From positions 20,042-84,041 of the forward strand of contig CAYHXV010000001.1 of the NCBI GenBank assembly GCA_964360855.1: 64,000 nucleotides of DNA, written 5' to 3'. This stretch comes from an uncultured Candidatus Saccharibacteria bacterium. Its GTDB lineage: Bacteria > Patescibacteriota > Minisyncoccia > Phycocordibacterales > Phycocordibacteraceae. Shown piece by piece: positions 10,068 to 19,381 of the stretch. A program made the position numbers and the translations under genes. The notes under the pieces are model-generated. The model was not told the DNA's origin, did no database searches, and saw nothing but the letters and a program-made list of their open reading frames with translations. The number at the start of each line of letters is the position of its first letter. Position 1 is the stretch's first letter.

Positions 10068-10748
10068 CTACGGCTTCACAAACGTGAAGGACTGCACAAC
10101 CTTGTCGAGCAGTTCATACTGCTTCTCAAGCTCAGTGTCCGGAATGTCTTCAGGACTGTCCGGGTCGTCCCGATAACTTGAACCAACGGCAATCTTCTCG
10201 AGCGCTACGCAGTACCCTTCATGTAGCGCTCGATATGAAATGCCTTTTACATACTGCTGCATGCCAGCGTTCTGAAACGCAAAGGCCTTCCAAGTAGTGC
10301 CATTCAGCACCACGTCTGGAAGTACCGTCTCTCCTTGATTGGGAGTTACCTTTAAACACTGAGCGAGTTCTTTTTTGTCCATACTCACCCCAACACGAAT
10401 GAGTGCGGTGTAGTAGCGGGGATAGCTGTGGTCACTCACCGTTGTGAAAGGAGCAATTGAAACAACCGGCGTGCCGGTGGCGTTTGGGAGCGCATTTGTC
10501 CTCCAGTAGGTGCCCAGGTGATAGGAAGTGCCAAAGGTGTTCTCCACGACGGCCGCTTCAGGATACAGGAGCATAAAACCGTATATACCGTTGGTGTATA
10601 TTGCGTCCCCAGTGCTTAGTGGTGTAGTGCTTGCATTTGGAGAACCAGGAGGAATAGCCTGTTTACTAGTTGATACCAGATACCAGGCCACACCTCCTGC
10701 AATAAGCGCAAGCACGAGCAAAAAAACTGCGAGTCCAAAACGTGTCAT
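10068..10748 (-). CDS. Exported hypothetical protein (PsbP-like fold possible)
   Basis: N-terminal TM; YTNGIYGFMLLYP and terminal KVVQSFTF pattern. Confidence 0.7.
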   Translation of the reverse strand: MTRFGLAVFLLVLALIAGGVAWYLVSTSKQAIPPGSPNASTTPLSTGDAIYTNGIYGFMLLYPEAAVVENTFGTSYHLGTYWRTNALPNATGTPVVSIAPFTTVSDHSYPRYYTALIRVGVSMDKKELAQCLKVTPNQGETVLPDVVLNGTTWKAFAFQNAGMQQYVKGISYRALHEGYCVALEKIAVGSSYRDDPDSPEDIPDTELEKQYELLDKVVQSFTFVKP

Positions 10749-10792
10749 TACTCCCTAGTATACGCGGGAAGGGGAAATCTCCCCAATGTCTG

Positions 10793-12364
10793 CTACCTGG
10801 AAGCTTCGCGCAACTGTCGCACCACATATTCCTTGGGCAACACTGAAAGAAACCAACCTGCCTTGGGGCCTGAATCGCGATTGAGAAATACTCGATAAAG
10901 TGCGGTGAACAAGTCTTTTGGTGCTATCGGTACTTCTGTTTTGAGTACATGCAAACGTTCATGCAACTCCTCTCCCGTCTTTGAACCCGTTTCTACGAAA
11001 TCTGCAATGAGCGAAAGTGCACGCTTCTGCTCCGGTGAGAGAACAAGTCCTTCAGGCAGTGTTTCTTGGAGACGATACTGGTACTGCTCCGGTGCATAGG
11101 TTGAAAGCCAATACAGAGCATAGGTTTCGCGCTCTTCCAGGAGGCGCACTTCTTCAGTCGATAGTGCGCTTCCTTTTACTTTCTCGGCTTCAGCGAGAAG
11201 AGAGATGTGGGGCATTTGTGCAATGAACGCCACTTGCGAGAAACGCAGCTGCCACGATGCAGCTTCCCCTGCACGATCTTGAGGGAGTTTGGTGTACGCG
11301 TACAGACGAGTGAAGTCATCTGAGACACCCGTGCGCACCAGTTCCGCTAGGTCGTCATGCCAGTCATACAGGCGAGGTACCGAGTCCCCTTCTGGATCCA
11401 CGTCTACCTGCTGGGCGATTTCCTTGCCGATAAGAGCCAATCGAAAAAGTTCTGGCGGGAACAAATCACTCATATCCTTTGCGGAAGACCCACGACCCTT
11501 GGACGAGGACATTTTCTTGCCACCAACTAAAAAGAACTCATACGGAACATCAAACGGCGCTTCAAAGTCAAAAAGCTCTCGGGCAATGTGCGCCGCTACG
11601 TCGCGTGCCCCACCCTTTGTGGAGTGGTCCTTACCAGCGCCCTCTATATCAACCCCCTGTACTACCCACTTGGCTGCCCACTCAACTTTCCAGAATAGTT
11701 TCGCAGCACCCTTCCATGGCCTAACACGTCCCTGGTGGCCACAGGGCACCGTACCATCGGGAGATTTGTCACAGGTATAGCCAACGGTCTCTCCATCAAA
11801 ATCATGTGCTCGTACGGTCATCATCTTGCCACACTGCTCACACACCACCGACACCGGAAGCCACGTCTCGTCCTTACTACTTCCTGAAACTGCTTTTAGA
11901 ATTCTTCGAACGTCGTCCGTGCGAGAGAGCGCAATGCGCATAGATTCGTCCATCTTTCCAGACTGATAGAGCTCCGTTGCTCGATAGTAGCTTGGAAAAA
12001 AGCCGGCCTTCGCTATTACTGCCTGAAGTTCTGCACCAAAGTATTCAGCGTAATTAGCGTATCCTTCCTCAGGTGAGGGCACCATATAAAGAGGCCTGCC
12101 TAGATGTTCGGTAAATCGCGCTTGGTCAAGGTAGCCAGGAATATTATCGAAGGGGTCGAAATCGTTTAACTCATATCGGTACTCGTTTTTCATTCCGAGC
12201 TCATTGAGTGCCTCGCTCACGAGCCCATGAATAGCCACGCCACGCATACTCCCCACGTGGACCCTCCCGGAGAGGGTTTTTTCATCACGAATCAAAAAGG
12301 ACGTACCGTTTTTCGGAGTACGACTTTCTTGTATTTCTTTTGCGATGCGATCTGCCCAAAACAT
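10793..12364 (-). CDS. lysS: Lysine--tRNA ligase, class I
   Basis: MFWAD start, SGRVHVGS (HIGH), EGAGKDH, KMSSSKG (KMSKS). Confidence 0.96.
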   Translation of the reverse strand: MFWADRIAKEIQESRTPKNGTSFLIRDEKTLSGRVHVGSMRGVAIHGLVSEALNELGMKNEYRYELNDFDPFDNIPGYLDQARFTEHLGRPLYMVPSPEEGYANYAEYFGAELQAVIAKAGFFPSYYRATELYQSGKMDESMRIALSRTDDVRRILKAVSGSSKDETWLPVSVVCEQCGKMMTVRAHDFDGETVGYTCDKSPDGTVPCGHQGRVRPWKGAAKLFWKVEWAAKWVVQGVDIEGAGKDHSTKGGARDVAAHIARELFDFEAPFDVPYEFFLVGGKKMSSSKGRGSSAKDMSDLFPPELFRLALIGKEIAQQVDVDPEGDSVPRLYDWHDDLAELVRTGVSDDFTRLYAYTKLPQDRAGEAASWQLRFSQVAFIAQMPHISLLAEAEKVKGSALSTEEVRLLEERETYALYWLSTYAPEQYQYRLQETLPEGLVLSPEQKRALSLIADFVETGSKTGEELHERLHVLKTEVPIAPKDLFTALYRVFLNRDSGPKAGWFLSVLPKEYVVRQLREASR

Positions 12365-12392
12365 GAGGGTATCGTACCACGCGCGCTGTATC

Positions 12393-13322
12393 CTAGCGCA
12401 GCAATGAATTAACCGGAGGAACGAGCCGTGAGGGGTTTGGAACCGCTACCGGTATCGGCACTCCCGCTGATGACTCTATGGGCATACGAGCGTCCTCCTT
12501 CTTTTGATTCTCCCGCTCATGAATAAGCGTCTCGAGAAGTCGCTTACCCACCGCAGGGGTGCTGGTGGCAGTTGTTGAAGCCTCTTCCCCTGACACTGAC
12601 ATTCCGGTCAGGAGACTGGTTGCGCGTACCCGTGCCTTCTCGGACACCTTGGCGCCCTTCTTAGCACTCTGTGCAGCAGGTGCTTCAGCAGCACCTTCAC
12701 GCAGACGGGCCACCTTGCGCACCACCGCCTGTCTAATATTGGTATCGTGCTCCTGGCCAGCTTGTGCGCTCAACTGAGCTTCTAGATTTGCACGGATGGC
12801 CAGAGACTCTGAAGCATCTCCTGACTGTTCAAGCTTGTCTGCCTCGTGCAGTGCCTTATCCGCCTCACCCTCAAAGCGGGAAGCAAGTTCTGCCTCAGTC
12901 TTTGCAGAGAGCGTTCCGCGCTCACGCAATACCTCTGCTTCCTGTACTCGACGCAGGGCAAGGAAGCTGTGGAGACGCGCCTTAGCTTCACCCGAGCCAG
13001 CAAACACTGCGCGTGCAGGTTCGTTCACTTTTGTCTTCACGGCATAGAGTGGCTCTCCCGGTACCGCGTTCTCTGCCGCAAATGCTGTGGCGGTGCCACC
13101 GCCCACAATAACCGCAAGTGCGAGAACACTAACCGCGAGAGTACGCGAGTGTCCTATCACTGACCCAAGGAAAGTTAGGGAGTTGAACGGGGCAGCTTCA
13201 ACTGCAGGCATGGTGTGGAGCTCTGCATACGCCATCAGTTCCTCACGGATACGAGTTCGGACCCCGTCTCCAAGACGGACCTTTTTAAGCTTATGTATGA
13301 AATTGTGTTCAGTGTTATTCAT
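12393..13322 (-). CDS. Putative anti-sigma factor (DUF5667-like)
   Basis: Start overlaps ECF sigma stop; single TM; AENAVPGEPLYAVKTKVNE motif. Confidence 0.75.
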   Translation of the reverse strand: MNNTEHNFIHKLKKVRLGDGVRTRIREELMAYAELHTMPAVEAAPFNSLTFLGSVIGHSRTLAVSVLALAVIVGGGTATAFAAENAVPGEPLYAVKTKVNEPARAVFAGSGEAKARLHSFLALRRVQEAEVLRERGTLSAKTEAELASRFEGEADKALHEADKLEQSGDASESLAIRANLEAQLSAQAGQEHDTNIRQAVVRKVARLREGAAEAPAAQSAKKGAKVSEKARVRATSLLTGMSVSGEEASTTATSTPAVGKRLLETLIHERENQKKEDARMPIESSAGVPIPVAVPNPSRLVPPVNSLLR

Positions 13323-13821
13323 GGACATGTAGGTGTTCGCGAACTTTCTTGAGAGCACGGTTGATACGAACAGATATCGCATTGGGCGTTTCGCCACGAA
13401 GTTCTGCAATTTCTGCGGGGGAGAATCCCTCAACGAAGCGCAGAAGCAAGGACTCGCGGCTCGGTTCGTCCAATGTGTTGATAACGGCCAACACTTCCTC
13501 GTTCATCGCATTGTGGAGTATAGGCACCTCGTCTGTTCCTTTGGCTTCAAAGCCTTCTTCACTTAGGGCATCGAGTGATGCCTCCTTTTTCTTCCGGTAC
13601 CAGTCAATGATGAGGTTGCGCGCAATGGCATACAGGAGTGCTCTATCGTTTCGCAAGACTGTTTCCTTTCGCAGTGCCTGCCAAAAACGCATAAACACTT
13701 CCTGCGTTATATCCTCTGCACGTGCTCTATCACTTACTTTCACCAAGGCAAAGCGAAAGATCGCATCCGCATACTGATCGTATGTTTGGAGGAAGTATTC
13801 GTTAGCTTCGATCTGGTCCAT
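13315..13821 (-). CDS. ECF RNA polymerase sigma factor
   Basis: AEDITQEVF, LYAIARNLIIDWYRK (region 2); region 4 HTH. Confidence 0.93.
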   Translation of the reverse strand: MDQIEANEYFLQTYDQYADAIFRFALVKVSDRARAEDITQEVFMRFWQALRKETVLRNDRALLYAIARNLIIDWYRKKKEASLDALSEEGFEAKGTDEVPILHNAMNEEVLAVINTLDEPSRESLLLRFVEGFSPAEIAELRGETPNAISVRINRALKKVREHLHVHE

Positions 13822-13881
13822 AGAGTATGACGGCCACCTCCCGACATTCTGTCAAGGGAGGGGCCTCCTCTATGGTGCCAT

Positions 13882-13918
13882 AAAAGCAACAGCGCGCCCA
13901 GTGGACGCGCTGTTGCTT
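13882..13918 (-). terminator. Rho-independent terminator
   Basis: AAGCAACAGCGCG/CGCGCTGTTGCTT inverted repeat. Confidence 0.75.
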
Positions 13919-13932
13919 CTTATGCTCGAGAA

Positions 13933-14421
13933 CTAGCGCGCCTTCTTGACCGCTTTCTTAACGAGCTTCTTCACTGCCTTCACTTCCTTCTTAACCAACT
14001 TCTTTACGGCACCCTTCTTGGTGACGGCCTTCACTGCCTTCTTCACCGCTACTGAGGGCTCAAGTTCACGCTTTAGCTCGCCCCAATTCTTCTGGAGCTC
14101 ACGAACTGCCATATCAACGTCGTCACTAGCAACTCCCTTCATACCACGGTATGAAGCTGCAGCTTTCTCAACTGCGGCAGCCACCGTCTTAGCGTCCACC
14201 TTCTTAAGGTTTTTAATCTGCTTCAGAGCATCACGCTTGAGTCCCTTTGCCCACACACTTGCTGCGTGGCGATGCTTCTTGGCGTTCTTGGTTCCATAAA
14301 AGTAATACGTTGCGGCACCTGCTGCGGCAACGGCAGCAAGCACACCTGCACCAATTTCTACCGCCTCAAGGGTGCTCATGCCTTTCTTGCTCACTGCCTT
14401 CTTTGTTGTCTTCTTTGCCAT
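13933..14421 (-). CDS. YtxH-like membrane-anchored protein with Lys/Ala/Val-rich histone-H1-like tail
   Basis: Gly/Ala TM followed by basic helix; VKKAVK-type repeats. Confidence 0.7.
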   Translation of the reverse strand: MAKKTTKKAVSKKGMSTLEAVEIGAGVLAAVAAAGAATYYFYGTKNAKKHRHAASVWAKGLKRDALKQIKNLKKVDAKTVAAAVEKAAASYRGMKGVASDDVDMAVRELQKNWGELKRELEPSVAVKKAVKAVTKKGAVKKLVKKEVKAVKKLVKKAVKKAR

Positions 14422-14437
14422 AAATGTAATTAAATTG

Positions 14438-14713
14438 TTAGGACCGCTTTGTGCGGGTTTTTCTTTTCTTCATGCCGCTCAGGAACCCAAACAAGTGGCC
14501 AATGCGTAGACCTTCCTTGTGTACATGCTCACGCACGTTTTGAATGTCTTCCCGAAGCTGCTCTCCCTCACCGCGCACCAGTGCCGTTACCTCATCTATC
14601 TTTTTAAGTATGCCAAGTACGCGCAGAAGTACCATCGTCAAGAGCACGGACAGTACCGTCGTTGCAAGAGTTGCAACGACGAAGAAAATATCCATCTTGA
14701 GAAAGTTGTCCAT
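14438..14713 (-). CDS. Small single-TM coiled-coil protein (YtxG/DUF948-like)
   Basis: MDNFLKMDIFFVV start with GAGGA RBS; TM followed by coiled coil. Confidence 0.7.
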   Translation of the reverse strand: MDNFLKMDIFFVVATLATTVLSVLLTMVLLRVLGILKKIDEVTALVRGEGEQLREDIQNVREHVHKEGLRIGHLFGFLSGMKKRKTRTKRS

Positions 14714-14771
14714 CTGTTCCTCTATCCTATCTTGCCTGTGGGGGTATGCAAGGGTGTGGGCAAGGAAAATC

Positions 14772-14801
14772 AAAAGACCCGCACCGTTTCCGGGGCGGGT
14801 C
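14772..14801 (-). terminator. Rho-independent terminator
   Basis: GACCCGC/GCGGGTC stem with T tract on minus strand. Confidence 0.65.
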
Positions 14802-14813
14802 CTCCTGAAGGGG

Positions 14814-15380
14814 TCACACTTCCGACTTGGCTCTTGCAACCGCGGCAAGCACCGTGTCTTCCAGTGTGGAATGGATCGGGAAGTGTAGGCCGTCTCCAAG
14901 CGTGTCGTTCAGCTCTCGTTGGATTTGATCCAAGCCATAGAACCGAGGATCGGCTCCAACCACGACCCTGAGCTCTGGGTCTTGCTCCAGGTACGCAGTC
15001 CACTTTCCAATTTCCCGTCGGGAATCCATCGCAAATGGCTCAGGTCCCGGATGGGGGTGTTCTTCGGATTCGAAGGCCAACCAGAACATCAGGCATCCAT
15101 TTCTAGCTGCCCTCAGCATATGATAGTTTTCCCAGGCCAACTGGCGCGCGAATACCGGATCATCATTAGAAACGCCCTGAATCTGTTTCCCCAGCAATGG
15201 GTGACCCGGATAGTCTTTTTCGTACCGCATTGGGATGGCTGCAACGAAGTGAACAAGCTGCTTCTCAAGCTCCCCATAGGCTTGGTACTGCCAGTCTCCG
15301 CCGCCTCGGACTGGACCGGCGAGAAAGATTAAGGGCGGCATCCAGTTTGTAGCGCGTTTTTTCGGTAGAATTACACTCAT
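14814..15380 (-). CDS. Nucleoside 2-deoxyribosyltransferase-like protein
   Basis: IFLAGPVRGGGDWQ, QLAWE, FWL, SRREIG motifs. Confidence 0.75.
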   Translation of the reverse strand: MSVILPKKRATNWMPPLIFLAGPVRGGGDWQYQAYGELEKQLVHFVAAIPMRYEKDYPGHPLLGKQIQGVSNDDPVFARQLAWENYHMLRAARNGCLMFWLAFESEEHPHPGPEPFAMDSRREIGKWTAYLEQDPELRVVVGADPRFYGLDQIQRELNDTLGDGLHFPIHSTLEDTVLAAVARAKSEV

Positions 15381-15430
15381 TTCACGTCTCCCTACTTCTA
15401 GGAAGAGTCTGCCAATATATATCAGTAAAG

Positions 15431-15670
15431 TCAAATAGAATCCGGTACTCTAACAAATCGGGGTCCCGAGTACCCAATCTCCGGTTTGTCCACCGTATCC
15501 ATAAACATTTCAAGCGGGCGTATAAAGAATTCAGGAATGTCTGCTTCGTACAGCCGCTTGTACAGCACCATCTTCTCCTCAGTTTCGGTGTGGAAAGCGA
15601 CCCCCAGCACCTCATAGTGTTTGGCGGGGTCTTTGAAGTGATAATAGATGCCAAGCTCAGGTTCTTTCAT
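15431..15670 (-). CDS. DUF1653 domain protein
   Basis: YYHFK..YEVLGVAFHTETEEKMVLY..RPLEMF..PRF. Confidence 0.9.
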   Translation of the reverse strand: MKEPELGIYYHFKDPAKHYEVLGVAFHTETEEKMVLYKRLYEADIPEFFIRPLEMFMDTVDKPEIGYSGPRFVRVPDSI

Positions 15671-15723
15671 TCACAGAGTATAGCAGTCTGCTCATATGAT
15701 AATTAGGCAACATGTGTTAGGGT

Positions 15724-16611
15724 GTGTCCATGTCTTCCTCTCGCCGAAAACCTGGCTTCCAAATTAAGAAAGTGGTTGTTGCAAAGAAACCGACTCGTGC
15801 GGTTCGTCATGCGGTATCCAAAAGGAGAGTTGAGGCCAAGCCAGTGGAGTCACTTCCTCGTTTAGTTAAGCCTCGGGGTCCTGCTCCCCTCCCGAGTGCA
15901 ACCTTGTACCCCATGCGTATTAATAAGTACCTTGCCCAACAGGGGCATGCCACACGCCGTGAGGCTGATGCCCTTGTTGAAAAGAAGGCAGTGCTCATCA
16001 ATGGGCGCATCGCTCAAGTGGGAGACAAGATACTTGAGAGCGATGTTATTGAAGTACGTCGCAATGCCCGTCCCGGGCGCTATACGTACCTTGCCTTTAA
16101 TAAGCCGGTGGACGTTGATACCCATCGAGAAGACACGGGCTCTTCGAACGTGTTTGATCTGCTGCCTCCCGAAGTGAAACAGCTGAAGCTCTTTCCGGTG
16201 GGCAGACTTGATAAGGCTTCGCATGGACTCATCATTCTCACCAACGATGGCAGGATTACCGACCGTCTCTTGAATCCTGATCACGCGCACGAGAAGACAT
16301 ACGAGGTGCGCACGAAACAGCCGCTACGGACCACCTTCAAAGAGAACATGCAGTCTGGCGTGCTCATTGAAGGGTATATGACCAAACCTGCCAAGGTGAA
16401 TATTCTTGGCGAGAAGGCATTTCGTATTGTCCTTACCGAGGGAAAGAGTCACCAGATTCGACGTATGGTATCCGCACTCCACAACGAGGTATCAGACCTG
16501 CGGCGTATGAGCATTATGAATATTAAATTGAATGCGCTCAAGGCCGGGAGTTATCGAGCTATTGAAGGAGAGGAGCTGAAGGAGTTTTTGCATTCATTAG
16601 GGTTGGGGTAA
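15724..16611 (+). CDS. rRNA pseudouridine synthase, RsuA/RluB/RluF family
   Basis: S4 domain RINKYLA, GRLDKAS catalytic motif, EGKSHQIRRM. Confidence 0.93.
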   Translation: MSMSSSRRKPGFQIKKVVVAKKPTRAVRHAVSKRRVEAKPVESLPRLVKPRGPAPLPSATLYPMRINKYLAQQGHATRREADALVEKKAVLINGRIAQVGDKILESDVIEVRRNARPGRYTYLAFNKPVDVDTHREDTGSSNVFDLLPPEVKQLKLFPVGRLDKASHGLIILTNDGRITDRLLNPDHAHEKTYEVRTKQPLRTTFKENMQSGVLIEGYMTKPAKVNILGEKAFRIVLTEGKSHQIRRMVSALHNEVSDLRRMSIMNIKLNALKAGSYRAIEGEELKEFLHSLGLG

Positions 16612-16616
16612 GTAGC

Positions 16617-16646
16617 AACCCCCGGACTTTTGATCCGGGGGTTTTT
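16617..16646. terminator. Hairpin between convergent genes
   Basis: AACCCCCGGA/TCCGGGGGTT inverted repeat plus T tract. Confidence 0.75.
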
Positions 16647-16668
16647 GGAGTGACTGGAGTGCGAATGT

Positions 16669-17064
16669 TTAGAGCTTCAAGGTACCCGCATTGCGGATGA
16701 GGAGGTGATAGTCAGTGCCCCAGACCTCGTCGCAGTCGAATGAGTCCTCGCACAAGCGCCAGCGCCCAGCATGACCAATGCTCCCAACGGAAACACCTCC
16801 CTCCACATTCTCCTTAAAGTAGAAATAGCGGTGATTGGTGCGCCGTGACTCCTCCATAGCCTCATCGTCGGTCACGGTGTGTTTGCCGTCGATGAGCCGC
16901 TGGGCGAGTTCTTCTATGGGGGTGTTCGGGGACACGTCAGCAATCGAAGCCGCCCATTCCCTGAAGCGCCCAGGGTGCGCTGGGACGAAGTCTGAGATTA
17001 GAGGGGTGGGTAACGACTCACGCATTGCCTTTCTCCATGGGCTGAACTCTCTATGAATAATCAT
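16669..17064 (-). CDS. Hypothetical protein with C-terminus resembling CPR DGR target (C-type-lectin-like) proteins
   Basis: GGVSVG..W....FDCDEVWGTDYHLLIRN C-terminal pattern. Confidence 0.6.
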   Translation of the reverse strand: MIIHREFSPWRKAMRESLPTPLISDFVPAHPGRFREWAASIADVSPNTPIEELAQRLIDGKHTVTDDEAMEESRRTNHRYFYFKENVEGGVSVGSIGHAGRWRLCEDSFDCDEVWGTDYHLLIRNAGTLKL

Positions 17065-17123
17065 ACCACACGTATGACGAGTTTGTCAAATAAATGGTAC
17101 TTATCCCTTAACGCCAAGTAGAC

Positions 17124-17759
17124 CTATTTATTACTCACTTCAATTTGGCAGGTCTTTTCGTCACAATAAATTACTTCGCCGTGTGCGCTAATAGCACTGA
17201 AAACAAACGTACCATCGCTCAAATCATAGTCACCTTTTGTACCAAGACGCCATCCTTTAGGAAACCCATCTTGAGTAAACCTCTCTTGATCTTTATGAAT
17301 TGGGTAGTACCAGGATCCTGTAGGAGCAGATGCACACATACTGCCAGGATTTGGATTGTATTGTATTGTTGGATACTGCAAGTTGTACCCAGCCAATACG
17401 CACTGTAAAGCGATTTCGCGCCTGGATTCCATGAATTCAAGTACAGTTGACGCGGGAAGCACTTCTCTCTCGGGCACAAGTCCTCCCCAGCGGGTAATAA
17501 CTCCTATTGATGCAGTTGCAAATAGTACCAATAAAATTGAAAGAAGAGTCCAGCGCTTTTGGAAAGAAAGCGCCAGGAGTGCAACAAATACAACCACAAG
17601 AAGGAATACGCCTATAAAAAGCCTCGTTGGTTGGAAGTCATCCCCAATACCAATATGGAGGGTAAGTGGGTCAAGAATAAAACTCAGCCCTGCAGTAAAG
17701 ACCGCCACAAAAATTGGGACACCGCGCATCACTAAATGTTTATGGTTTGATGGATCCAT
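17124..17759 (-). CDS. IS passenger: 3-TM membrane protein with Cys-containing extracellular domain
   Basis: AT-rich ORF inside the TIRs; three hydrophobic helices; four Cys in the C-terminal domain. Confidence 0.7.
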   Translation of the reverse strand: MDPSNHKHLVMRGVPIFVAVFTAGLSFILDPLTLHIGIGDDFQPTRLFIGVFLLVVVFVALLALSFQKRWTLLSILLVLFATASIGVITRWGGLVPEREVLPASTVLEFMESRREIALQCVLAGYNLQYPTIQYNPNPGSMCASAPTGSWYYPIHKDQERFTQDGFPKGWRLGTKGDYDLSDGTFVFSAISAHGEVIYCDEKTCQIEVSNK

Positions 17760-17877
17760 GAGAGCGTAGATTACTTCTATTTTATCATGCCAGTTCCAAC
17801 ATCTACGAAAACAACCTATACTAACCTGTGTATGTCCTCCTCAGACCGTAAGCACTTTTTCGATATCCTCAAGAAAG

Positions 17878-18699
17878 TTATCGGCACGCCCTCAGTAAAA
17901 GCAAAGCGAACAGCGGCACCGGAGAAGCGCGATAGGTATACCGCCAAGCAAACTCGTCCAAGTACGCCTGCAGGTGCTGTGGAGAAACAAAAGCGTACGT
18001 CCCGCGGACCGAACGCTTAAACTGACCCCAGAAGCCTTCAATAGTGTTGGTGTGGCTTTCGCCCCAGGTGTAGTGGTTCTTGCCGTGTTTGACTGAAGTG
18101 TGCATGTAGCCATAGCCACGTCCTGTTAGGCGCCCATATGCCTGATACTCGTCGCTCATGATGTGCGTCTTCGGTTCTACATTCTTTTGAATGAGAGGAA
18201 GTACAACCTCAGCCTTGCGGCTTGATACTTTCTGCACCCGTACCGCTCCCTTGCGCTCAACCATGCCGAATACCGCACTCTTGTTCTTGAACTTAACGGC
18301 ATTCTTTCCGCCCTTGCCGTAGTACGTTTCGTCTACCTCAACCACGCCTGAGAGCGGGTCGCTGCCTTGCTCCATGAGCGCGCAGATCTGGTGCCCTATA
18401 CGCCATGCCGTCTTGTACGTAACGCCAAGCTGGCGCTGAAGCTCCATTGCAGAGACCCCGTTCTTCGAGGACGCGAATAGGAATATTGCATGGAACCAGA
18501 GGGAAAGCGGAGTCGAGGAGTTCTCGAAGATAGTCCCTGCAAGCGGGTGTATCTGGTGTCCTTGGGGATTCGCATACGCCTTGCGCTTATTCATACGGGA
18601 ATACTGCTTCGCTTCGGGGAACTTCTGGCGGAAGATGTAGTCCAAGCAGGCTTCGTCCGTAGGAAACTCTTTCTTCAAGTCTTTAATGGTGTACTTCAT
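17878..18699 (-). CDS. IS1595-family DDE transposase
   Basis: VEVDETY, IMSDEY, HTNTIEGFW, YLDEFAWRY; HTH LQRQLGVTYKTAWR. Confidence 0.95.
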   Translation of the reverse strand: MKYTIKDLKKEFPTDEACLDYIFRQKFPEAKQYSRMNKRKAYANPQGHQIHPLAGTIFENSSTPLSLWFHAIFLFASSKNGVSAMELQRQLGVTYKTAWRIGHQICALMEQGSDPLSGVVEVDETYYGKGGKNAVKFKNKSAVFGMVERKGAVRVQKVSSRKAEVVLPLIQKNVEPKTHIMSDEYQAYGRLTGRGYGYMHTSVKHGKNHYTWGESHTNTIEGFWGQFKRSVRGTYAFVSPQHLQAYLDEFAWRYTYRASPVPLFALLLLRACR

Positions 18700-18769
18700 T
18701 ACACCTATTGTATTCTATAGGCTACTTGGCGTAGAGGGATAGGTACCAAATAAGTAAATCTTATCCCCA

Positions 18770-18799
18770 TTGACCCATGAACCGTAGTTCACATACACT
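18770..18799 (+). promoter_or_regulatory. lexA promoter with putative LexA operator
   Basis: TTGACC (18770), 18 bp spacer, TACACT (18794); palindrome TGAACCGTAGTTCA (18778-18791) lies in the spacer. Confidence 0.7.
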
Positions 18800-18806
18800 G
18801 GGAGTT

Positions 18807-19376
18807 ATGGACTACCACTCACGAAAACGTGCCGTTATGGGTTTCTGGCAGCAACACCGGCGTATGCCCGGGTATCAGGAGTTTATGAAAATACTCGGCG
18901 TGAAATCAAAGAACTCCGTATACCGCTTTATCGAGAAGCTCGTAGAGGAAGGCGTGTTGGAGAAAGACCTCCAAGGGAGACTCTCTCCCGGGCGAGAGCT
19001 TCGTGGCGTTCCCTTACTGGGACTCGTGGAGGCTGGCTTCCCCACTCCGGCCGAGGAAGAGATGCTTGATGTCATGGACTTTGATGAGTACCTCACCCCA
19101 AACAAAGAGTCGAGCTATGTGCTCAAGGTTAAGGGGGACTCCATGATAGAAGCCGGGATACACCCGGGAGACTTGGTGATCGTTGAGCGGAAACCAACAT
19201 ACAAGATAGGACAAATTGTTATTGCATCCATTGAGGGCGAATACACCATGAAGTATCTGCGGAAAAAGAACGAGAGCTACTATCTTGAACCCGCCAATAG
19301 TGCCTATAAGCCTATCTATCCGAAAGGCAACCTGAACATTGAAGCCGTGGTGACGGCCATTGTGCGCAAATACTAA
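18807..19376 (+). CDS. lexA: LexA-family repressor / S24 peptidase
   Basis: Winged HTH; VEAGFP Ala-Gly cleavage site; GDSM Ser and TMK Lys dyad. Confidence 0.88.
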   Translation: MDYHSRKRAVMGFWQQHRRMPGYQEFMKILGVKSKNSVYRFIEKLVEEGVLEKDLQGRLSPGRELRGVPLLGLVEAGFPTPAEEEMLDVMDFDEYLTPNKESSYVLKVKGDSMIEAGIHPGDLVIVERKPTYKIGQIVIASIEGEYTMKYLRKKNESYYLEPANSAYKPIYPKGNLNIEAVVTAIVRKY

Positions 19377-19381
19377 CGATC

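Larger units (their letters stand above)
17096..18747 (-). mobile_element. IS1595-family element with passenger gene
   Basis: 26 bp TIRs at 17096-17121 and 18722-18747 (3 mismatches); flanking AAATAAAT / AAATAAGT 8 bp target duplication with 1 mismatch. Confidence 0.9.
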
